Assembly (NCBI GenBank): GCA_040954595.2
Contig: CM082579.2
Span: 6,189,625 to 6,253,624, forward strand
Reading direction: 5' to 3'
From: Balanoglossus misakiensis
Lineage: Eukaryota; Animalia; Hemichordata
Length of the DNA stretch: 64,000 bases
Under the pieces are notes generated by a model. The model worked only from the letters and a program-made list of their open reading frames with translations. It had not been told where the DNA came from and searched no databases. Shown here one piece after another: positions 27,139-37,375 of this stretch (position 1 is the stretch's first letter; every line of letters starts with the position of its first letter). The position numbers and the translations under genes are program-made.

Positions 27139-28587
27139 ACGCAATGATCATTGCATATACATGTAGTGTCATCATGGACGAAGGCTTCGCACACCTGCCA
27201 CGCACCAGTCATTCATATAGGACTCGAAGCAAGTCCACGCACAACAATCATTACGCGAAATCCTCAGCGATCCGTCAAGTTCCGTCCAATTTTCCTCACA
27301 TTTTGTTGTGCTCAAATGTCATAAACTAAAGGCAATGTTATGATTCTAGACATGTGTTTTACTTCTGGTTGTCATGTATATTTACATTGTGACGTGTGCA
27401 TAGAAAATAATCTGGTATATGTTTTTATGTGTGTATGTTTGGTACACTCAGAGGCAATCGATAACAAGCTACGTGCATGTGTAAGCAGTTATCGGATGAA
27501 AAGAAACCCACACTAGCTAATGGTTGAGACTTTAAAAGTTTAAACATTGTTTTTAGTTGAGACATACTTGATTCGTTGTCAATAGAGTGACTCGATCCGG
27601 AGCAACGAAAGTTTACTTGACACAGCGATGTATGTCGAGGTAACATGCACTTTTTTGTTTTCTATGCATGACGTATTTACAGTACGGCCTTGGGCATAGC
27701 AGAAAGCAGACGCTGTCATCTCCGCATTCAGAATCGGTCATGTTTGTGGATTCGGTGTTTGGCCATTTGTCTTTTGTTCTGACACCCCATGCAGTTATGC
27801 TTCGCGTTTTTCATCTGACAAGGGCCTGGCCACGATTGGTCAAATCAACTTCATACTGCGTACGTCAATTTTGCACCGATGATACATGCGTTGCACAAAC
27901 AGTCTTTGAACCCCCGGTTCACCTGTCACAGATCGGACAGTTATTACGTGGACATTATCTGCGCACGTTCGCACACGGAAAGTGTCAAACTTTTTCATAT
28001 TTATTGCGGCCACATGATAGATTTATTTAGGGTCTGTTACAAGTGATATGCCATTCGGTCATAAATTAAACAATAACACGACACATGTCTACCTGGCACC
28101 TCTGTCACCCATTGAACGATAAATTTCCCCGGGGGGCTTTAGGCCTCGCGGGGAAACAGTCCGCTAAGAGGTGACCCGCACTCCCTCAGTAGACATACAA
28201 AAGGTTACTACCCTCTCGACAAGTCGGTATGTGCATTACTCATCGTGCTAATATGTCCCGTTGTACAGCTAGGTTTTAAGCGGAGAGGATTCTCGTCTAT
28301 TAGACCAGACTTAAGAAGAGGTGTATATCACCTATACATTCTCCTCGTGGATAATGAAAGCCTGCTGACGTACTTGTCCCAGTTAATGCGTCCCAAGTAA
28401 CACACACCCATACCAGAATAAGGAAGTGTATAAATCTGTCAAGAGCCTGCTCAACATATATTTGCCCAGCTTTGCTTGTCATTTTCCAAGGGCTTAACTT
28501 TGCCGCCCAACAGAACCCTCAGATCCGGCACAGGAGCGCCTGTGTGTGTTCCAAGCTCGTACCAGACTGTGTCGAAAAACTTCAAGC

Positions 28588-29686
28588 ATGGGCAATAATC
28601 ATTTTCTAGCCCTAGCAATTGGCGGAATATGTGTCGTTATGATTGCGTTTCTTCCGAGCGTGGTCGCCGAAAGTGAACCCGCTTGTCGTGATGCAGTTAA
28701 CGAGACCGGTAAGTGTTACGGATTTATGTAGTGTTGTGGTGATATTATTTTCCTGTCCAGAAAAGCTTGCCAAAACTCGTTGGAATCTCGCAGTGTCCTT
28801 CAAGGAAATGTTGATGACCACTGCATGAACATAGATGTGGCTCCAAGTTCACAGACCAGCCTGGGAACCCTGTATTGAAACTGTCGAAAATCATTTTAAG
28901 TGTTCCTTACAGTAGACGTGTCGACTCTTTTGTGCATTATAGAAACTCTACGAAATGTTACCCAGGGATGCATCTCGGATTTGCAAAACTTTACTGTAAG
29001 AATTTCAGAGGTAAGAATTTTTCCATCCAGCTTTTACCATATAAAGAAACCCACTTCCGAAACTATTATTTATACACCAGCACTTGTAATTTTCCTCCTT
29101 GTTGGAATTGTGTTACATTTATATCCAATAGTACAATCTGGAAGCTAATTTTCAAATTGCGTGCGTATTCTCCATACACCAGAATGCAAACATTGGGTCA
29201 GTTGTATTCGAAGTTCCTAAAGAAATATCACGACTGACGGAGCTTGAAGATTTCTCCGAGCTTGAAGGCAACAAGGTTAGTTCTCTAACGTCAGACAGAG
29301 CACGGTCATGTCACTCCACTGTGTACACAGTGACAAACGCACCCTTTTCGTGAGTCTATAGCGCCCTCGTGCAGCTATCATGAATTTTAACTCAAAGCGA
29401 GGCCAATTCAGTGGAATCCCCTGGATGTGATCGGTCAACTTTCCCCATTAGCCTCGCTTTGAGTCCAAACGCACCGTTTTATGGAAAATACTTAGCTTAG
29501 TTACGGAACCCTTCAGAATCAACACCGGATAAGGGCAATTCTCGCTTTACAACTTTCCTATTATAGGACGAAATGTTTCGGATTGACGGCGATAATGGCA
29601 CTTTATACCTCGCAAAATACCTGGACTATGACATCAGCAATATCTACAAATTACTCGTGACTGCAAAAAAGGTGAGTCTTTACGAT

Positions 29687-29777
<91 letters not shown>

Positions 29778-32700
29778 CATTGTAAAACCAACACAGTTGT
29801 GATTTAAAAGTGTGTCGTATCAGTTGGGTTTCAAGAATCAGTGTCTTTTATAAAATTCTTATTTGTGTCTTTATTAAAAACCTTTGTAACATTTAAATAG
29901 GTAAAGAACGGGGGAGCCTTATTATACATTTACAACGTAACTGTAGTTGTTGACGACACTGCTGGGTGGCCGCCATACTTCAACGAGACATGCGCGTGGC
30001 CAGTCAGAAAAGCCGACAAATATGTAAGTAAAATGGAGTCATGACTCACAGTCAAAAATACTTCGTTTATGCTGTACAAGGCCCAGGTTGAAGCCAAGCT
30101 CGTTTTTTTTCAGCCACTACCCTTTACAGCAATCCTCAACGGTGAAGACGGCAGGAATTATTACACTCCCCCGACTGTTCATCATATAAATTCGTTCACT
30201 ATTTTAGACTTGAATAATGACGAGTGTAAGTAATCCTTCCTTAATTTGTTCTTTCAGTTACGGTTTAATGTAGAATACGCTCAAAGCAATTTAAGATTAT
30301 TCACTGGGAATTGAGCGTCACCGTACAAAATTTTGAATGAGAGCAAAATTGTCTCCAATTTGACATTCAGTTGGCCGCCAGTTCTGTGAAGAAAATTTTA
30401 AAAAGTCATTATTACGAAACCAATATAATGAATGCCCTTCCTACGGTCACGCCACAAACCGTGGAGCCTCACACACCCTTGATATTTCGCGTCATATCTG
30501 TTATCGAAATCAAATTTTCATCTTCATATCAGGTAACGCCAAACTCTACTTCGCGAGAAATGAAAACTTTTTCTACAAAGGCGGAATGACCAGAAGCAAT
30601 TTCTGTAGCAGGTTGGATATAGTAATTCGCAGAAGTACAGATCGGGCGCATAGCACCAGCCTGTTCAGCGATTGCAAATATTATCAGGTGGGTATATTTT
30701 ACCCAATGCATTATAACCTCAATATTGCTGTGTCGAAACTGGCATTCTTATGTATTTTGTCATGAAAAAAGGAAGGAAAAAACATGTTCATGCTTTGTTC
30801 ATGAAGAGTGTCTAGGTGTTCATTGCAAATTATGTTTATGATGCACATATGAATATATATATATTTTTAAATGTATCCATGTTTCAGAACCTTGCCGAAA
30901 TATCCCACGATGTACCAGTGGATATCGTGGAGAGAGTGCACTCGGTGGGAAAGGCCTTTCAAAACTTTATCGTGTTTAAGATTCCTTACAGCACCCTCGC
31001 ATACATCGGGGCAGACGCCGTCGAGATCCGGGTTAAAAATTGGGGGTTTAACGTAAAAGTTCAGATTAAAGCATTAGGTATGTTCTTTCTCAATCAGTCA
31101 TTCGCCAACCTCGTCTTGTGTTGCGTTGCCTTGTGTTATTTGCTGTCCGTTTTGTGATGTTTTAAACGTTCTTTTAAAATGACAATGACTTTCGGATAAC
31201 GGAGAGACATATTATTACATTTGAAGGTTGTCCCATTGGGAAGTATGGAGGATTTTGTGACCATGACTGCGTGTGCCAAAACGGGGCTGTGTGCCATACT
31301 TTCAACGGCGCCTGCAAATGCCTGCAGGGGTGGAAGGGGGTCGCGTGTGATATTGGTGAGAAGATGTTTTCCTTGCTTATGAAAAGTTGCATTAATGAAC
31401 GCAAGCAAAGTTTACGTCATGCCGGACGCCTTATTTGTGATTGGCCCAAATCGATTTCGTCGTTGTTGAATGTGAACTTTTTTATGCTTTTGGTTAGCCG
31501 ACCAGACAGTGAAGATGGTATCGAACCACGTGTCAATTCATTATGGCGGAATGGCAGTGTTGACGTGCCAGGCTTTTCATATGGGTGAGGGCGTGCTCTT
31601 CAGCTGGCGAATAAATGGTGTGCCGCGGGAAAATGTCCAATCAGGCAACCACACGTACACAGAAGAAAAGACAACACCGTCGTACAGGTGAGCTTAAAGG
31701 GGAAAGGGGCCGTCTGAACTGCACATGCGCAACTTGTTTATCTTGTCACACCATCACGCAGTGTTTCCAGTGTTCACGGAGACCACGCCTTTCAATACAT
31801 TCTCTTTCAAGTACCTCGATATGGCTGTGTGACCTTGAGGCTGGTGGCCTTTTCATCGTTTATACGCTATTTTCCCTTGGCAGTTATAGTACGATACAGA
31901 TCAACCGTGTGTCCCAGGAAAATGTTGGAACCTACGAATGTCGTGCACACGATCTATCTGGCGTGGTGTATTCCGACGCAGCATACGTGCAGATATCAGG
32001 TAAATAGATACAGCCAGTACAATTTTCATTTGGTCACAAAGACGTTTATTTTACGTTTGGCAATATAGTAGCCGGTTCGTGTGTTACTTGTAGAAGACCC
32101 AGATTGTAATTTGGATACTCGTTGGAGTATCGGTAACGTTCCATCAATCTGATAGATAACGGTGAAATCAAAACGTGATCATCTGTACGGCAACTGCGTA
32201 TTAAATACTTACTTTTCAAGAGAAGACATGCTGGGTGCCAAATCACAAGATTCATTTATATTTCACAGGTTGTGAGCGCAATACGTGGGGCAGTAAATGC
32301 GACAAAGCGTGTGATTGTCTACATTCTGTGGATTGTGATCGATACAGTGGCTGCACGTGTAGCCCCGGGTGGACGGGAGTTCATTGTGACCAAGGTTTGA
32401 AACTGCCGCTTATCTTAAACACAGCGAGCTAGTGACATGTTCCCTTGCGCACATTATATTGCAATACACAACAGCACAGCTGTACGAAACATATGTTTCG
32501 CATTATTATATACGCACAGTGTACACTCCGAAACCCTGGTGTGACAGATTAATACGCACCCAATCACTTTAACTTTTAAGGGAACAACACCAATGTCTCT
32601 CGGTTACATATGTCACATGCATAACTAAATTGTCTCTCCTTTGCAGTAGTCCCAACTCAATTACAAAGACCCAAAGCAGGTGGGAAATTGGTGTTCTTGT

Positions 32701-35600
32701 GCATAGGTGCAGTTTGCATTGTCGTGGTCGTAATAGCAATCGTCTGCGTAGCGTGGTTTATGACTAGGAGCAACCAATATCAGCTTCTCGACGTGGAAGA
32801 CAGAGATGTAGTGAACGCTTCTCAGGTAAGTTTTCAGCCCATATCGGGTTCTCGTTTCACATTGTCTACCTTTACTGGCAAAATGAGGGTAAGTCAGTAA
32901 GTATAAGTGTACGTTATGAATCATTGCAATTCCAATTACAGACGGAAAATATTGATGATCACTTCGGAGAATGGATGATTGAAAGTGAAAACCTAACACA
33001 GTCCGCTACAGTACTTGGACAAGGAGAGTTTGGTCAGGTTACTATAGGACTGTTAAAAGACCCACACAATGAAGAATGTGAAGACGTTGCAGTAAAAACA
33101 CTTTTGCCAGGTGAGCGCCATCGCGATCGCAGTGGGTATAGCTCACGACTTTCAGCTTCTTTGCTTCTGTGACGTCACTTGTTCTGATAGGTCTGGTTTT
33201 GGTTTCTCGAGACTGTCTGGATATTTAAAGCTCAGCCACCATGACTCTTCTGAACGTATTGGTGTTTGTTTGGTGTGACTTGGATCGTGGAAACAGGGGT
33301 TCCGTCGAGGCATAAAGGTCATTGAAGCAGCTACTGTAGACAGGCCTGCAAATATACTGTAAGTCGAAGTATCAAAGTTGATAAAATGCACATTAGACGT
33401 CATAACATGTTTTGTTTTCCTTGTTTTGCAGCAAAGCGAACCTATCGGTGCTACGTTGCTTCTACTTTTGCCCGTGAAATCCATTGTCTGATCAAGCTGC
33501 ACGGACATCCAAATATAGTTGCCTTGAGAGGCATTGTCCTGAGAAAAGGTGATTTACATTTCATATCAATACTATAATTCGTCGCATGCGATTCAGCTTT
33601 GCTCGTCAGATGCAATGTGTTAGGATATATGGAGAGTATTAGCGGGGGGTGTGCTTTTTTCAAGATTTCTGATCAAACGCATACACGATTTTAGTATAAT
33701 TGTATTCTTGCAATACAATGTTATGGTTAAACAGAACATTTTGTGGTCACCTTTCTCCAGATACCAAATGCTTTGTCATGGAACGAGCTACTGGAGGGAA
33801 TCTTCTTGAACACATTCGTTACCTAGGTGACAAAGTATCCCCAGATAACGAGCGGGAATTGATTGACTACGTTCACCATGTTACTCTCGGTATGCAGTAT
33901 ATGCAGGAGAAAAAGGTAATGTAGGCGATTTGTATTGATATTTTTACTCATGACCGAGGCAGAACGCTTAAATTGAGCTTGGTTAGAGCTAAGACATCAA
34001 TTAGCGTATATTTGCGTCTTCTTTCCAAATTAGATTCTACACAAAGATCTGTCATGCCGAAACGTATTACTGTTTGACGGAGGTGTGGCTAAAATCAGCG
34101 ATTTCGGCCTTAGCAGGGACGTCGGTGTAAGCAGTGGAATATACACGAAATCGCCTTGGGTGAGTAGTCTTAGGCTTGCTAAATATTCTCCTATTCCGTC
34201 TTTGACCAATGTTATCTGTCGGTGGAAATGACCTGGAAAGTGAAGGTTATCTCAAACGAGTCATTAAAATGTCCAATATTAACATCATGTTTTAATATAT
34301 TACAGACAGAAGGACAAGCCCCTTTGCCTCTAAAATATATGCCACCAGAGTTTCTAACCAAGGGAGAGTTTCATTTCCAGAGTGACGTGTAAGGACATTT
34401 TCATACATTTCAGCATTTTGTATAATCGGTTTATTATAGACAGACACTAAATGTTAAATAAGATACAAGGAAAATAGTATTTATTTATTTATTTATTTAT
34501 TCATACATTTTTGTCTCTCTCAGATGGTCATTTGGCGTTTTACTTTGGCAAGTGTGCACTCATGGTATGTATATTGAACATACATGTATATTATATTTGA
34601 TTTTGATCGTTCCGGGGTGACAATCGTTTAGTCACGTTGTTGCAATAAGGCCTCAGTGTTCATATTTTATCCGGTTTTTACAAAACGACCAGAGTGTACG
34701 TGTAGTCATGAGTGTATAGATATATACTGTTTGTTATTTTACTATGTACAAAGGGGACCTACCGTTTCGAGAAGTGGGCACTTATGAGTTCATGCGAAAC
34801 ATAGCTAGCGGTCAAAGACTACCCAAGCCTGAGCAAAGTACATATGTCGTGTAAGTGACAAGATATGTTCTTATATACTTTTGTCATCAAACAGTCACTA
34901 TTTACTTTCAGATATCATAAATGCAGTTTCGATATATGCTATAATTGGTGTGGTGCTCAAAAGTTCAAATTACGTTTTTGATTGGGCGCACGACTTTGAC
35001 AATTGATTTTGGTTCAACACTTTTTGGAAACGTTGCGGGTGTATTTTATTTTTTCCAGATACAAACTCATGAGAAAATGCTGGGAGACGCCACTACAGAG
35101 AAGACCGTCGGCGGTACAGCTGACGAAAGAAATTGAACTTCTGAGAAACGGCGAGGTAACATTGCTTTCAGTTTTTGACCATCATTAAGGCGTGTCTGAC
35201 CGTGATCAAGTGTCTGCAATGCGGTCACCTGGGAAATACAAATAAAAAAAACGAATCAAAATGAAGTTTAAGAAAACACAGGTGTTCTTCAAAACACATA
35301 ATCAGCCGTAATAATTATTGGGTCTTGTATCAACATTTAATGGTTCGTAACTGGAATTTTCACAAGCCTTGTTGACGTGCTGTTGTTGTTTTGCTTTGCG
35401 TCACCTGTAAATGTGACGATTCCGGTTTGTTTCGCTGATTATAGTCAATTGATTGAAAAGAGGGTAAGATTGAACAGAGGATAAGCACGCATTACGTATC
35501 TTCTTCTCATTTGCAGGGCCTGTTCATCTCTGAATGCACAGATTATTCGCTGGCGTCATCAAACAAAATCGACAGCCTCATGGAAGAAAACATCGTTTAA
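28588..35600 (+). CDS. Receptor tyrosine kinase copy C (lacks the third EGF exon; HKD catalytic loop)
   Basis: Signal peptide MGNNHFLALAIGGICVVMIAFLPSVVA, then cadherin, EGF, Ig, one further EGF and TM LVFLCIGAVCIVVVVIAIVCVAWF. Kinase motifs are GQGEFG, VAVK, HKDLSCRN, DFG and LPLKYMPPE. The last exon (35517-35600) ends EENIV*. Confidence 0.87.
29390..29464. repeat. Short inverted repeat (possible MITE remnant), intronic
   Basis: actcaaagcgaggc (29390-29403) is the reverse complement of gcctcgctttgagt (29451-29464). Confidence 0.6.
29687..29776. repeat. (AAC)n microsatellite, intronic
   Basis: Perfect trinucleotide run just after a cadherin exon donor in RTK C. Confidence 0.95.
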
Positions 35601-35736
35601 AAATTACGGTTAAACTTGCGCGGTTCGATTAAAAGAAAATTTTCCCCTTGGCACCATCTGCCAACTATCCCCCCTCCAAAAAAAATCCACCACCCAAGAA
35701 AGCAAATGTTTTCCCCTTACGAGTATGCGTTCGTGT

Positions 35737-36765
35737 CTAGTTCGTGCACTCAGCCGCAGTCGGCAACTTCTTGGACCTGTTTTCCCAGCAGGAATAGCAG
35801 GCGATAATCGCTGAACTGGCCAGGACGAGACCGCCGCCCACCGCTTCCCAGGCCGCGACAGTCTTGCCGAATATAACAACGTCGGCGATGTACCCTACGA
35901 CAATCTGGATATTCAGCAGAAGCACGATGGTGGCCGAGTTTTCTTTATGCAAGGCCGACGTCACACACAGCAATCCCAGGAAATTACATAGCATCAGCAT
36001 GACGATGTACGCCCAACACACTCCGTTCAGGTCCCACGGAACAGCTTCCGTGAAAAGCAGAGGGAAATTTATAACAGCCCCGACCACAGAAGCATACAGC
36101 AGAATGACGAAAATGTGCACGTCTGGCATGCTGTGAATCAGCACGGCTGAAGCTGAGAAGGAAAAGGCGGCACCCAGGCTGAGGACAATGGCCAACACCG
36201 GGTTTTTGTCACGCCCGGCTTCGACGTTTTTGAAAAGGAACGCCGGTCCCGCAATGAGAACGATGCCGACGATGTTGAAGACAGAGCCGATGGCGTCGGT
36301 TATTCGGCATCGGACGCCACAGCAGAGGCGTGCCATCAGCGGGGTGAAGAGGGGCTGGGCCCCGAACGTGATGGAGGAAACGTTCCCGGCCAGACCCAGG
36401 TTGAGCGCGTAGTACAGAGCGATTCGTCCGGCGGTCTCTGCTAGCGAATTCAGCGCCAGGAGTCCCCTCTCTCGCTTGCTGTAACCGGCGAAGATCGGGT
36501 GCTTGAAGTAAGCCACCAAGGGCACGAGGGCCACCGCGGCAAACACGTTCTGCACGAACGTCGCCCGGAAGGCGGTCACCCCACAACTCCCGACAAGTTT
36601 GGCGGACACATTGGCGACCCCGAAGAGAACACCGGCCGCAAATCCCAGCGGTACACCCAAAGACTTCGACTTGGACTCCGAGTTTTCGCCCATTTCGCCG
36701 TCCGGGTCCCACAGCTGTTGGAGTTCACCGTCGCCGTTCTCCGAATCCATCCTGGTCATTTTCAT
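35737..36765 (-). CDS. Intronless EamA/DMT-superfamily membrane transporter (SLC35G-like)
   Basis: Uninterrupted 342-aa ORF with about 10 hydrophobic helices in two EamA-like halves. Motifs include YYALNLGLAGNVSSITFGAQPLFTPLMA, GIVLIAGP and NIQIVVGYIADVVIFG..W.AVGGGLVLAS. A TATA-like element lies at about 36881-36891 on the minus strand. Confidence 0.85.
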   Translation of the reverse strand: MKMTRMDSENGDGELQQLWDPDGEMGENSESKSKSLGVPLGFAAGVLFGVANVSAKLVGSCGVTAFRATFVQNVFAAVALVPLVAYFKHPIFAGYSKRERGLLALNSLAETAGRIALYYALNLGLAGNVSSITFGAQPLFTPLMARLCCGVRCRITDAIGSVFNIVGIVLIAGPAFLFKNVEAGRDKNPVLAIVLSLGAAFSFSASAVLIHSMPDVHIFVILLYASVVGAVINFPLLFTEAVPWDLNGVCWAYIVMLMLCNFLGLLCVTSALHKENSATIVLLLNIQIVVGYIADVVIFGKTVAAWEAVGGGLVLASSAIIACYSCWENRSKKLPTAAECTN

Positions 36766-37375
36766 TTTACGGTGTCCGAATTGTCCGTTTAACCACGTTG
36801 GATTACGTTGTTAAAACCAAGATTTCTGCTCAGAAAAGCAGTAAGTATTGGACGACACCAGCCTGCATATCGCACTCTCGTATTATATAAGATTGAATTA
36901 TGAACTAAAATTTTTACCCATGACACAAATGAAAGCCTTTTTTTTAAATTGGGTAGGGTACATCTTTCAGATGGTAATATGGGTGGAAGCGAGTGGTTAT
37001 AGTAAATACCAGTATTGTCTGGGAAAACAATGCGCATTTGTGATTGGTATTCTATCTATTGGTGTACAACTTGCACTTTTAAAAACTGTTACATAACACA
37101 GAGAGTGGCAACAATGCTTTATGCACAAATAAAATGAGATAAATCATGAAATGAAAGTCAGATCCACACTTCAAAGGTCCACTGTCTGTAACTTTTGTCT
37201 ATTTTTTTTCCGGTGATTTTGTTCTGTGTATCATTCAACCACGATTTCTTGTTTTGCTCCCCGAAACAGGGTTAAATACGTAGCAAATGTTATACACAAT
37301 CAATTCTGATTTCTTTATACGAATGGAACTTTGACTAAACACACATCTCGTCGGTTCGGCATTCCCCGTTGTTGG

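Noticed and set aside
30371-30532. Open frame ending YQ|GT as the candidate variable-domain exon of RTK C
   Set aside because: It has the wrong acceptor phase and no similarity. The true exon starts at about 30533 (CNAKLYFARNE...DCKYYQ) and aligns with A and B.
28588-35600. RTK C as a pseudogene
   Set aside because: All exons I traced join in frame, the insertion near alphaC is 6 nt, and the catalytic K, D, N and DFG are retained.
35864-36814. Several overlapping or antisense ORFs over the SLC35G-like gene (similar ones overlie the BTB and FOXRED2-like exons)
   Set aside because: These are shadow ORFs caused by GC-rich codon usage.
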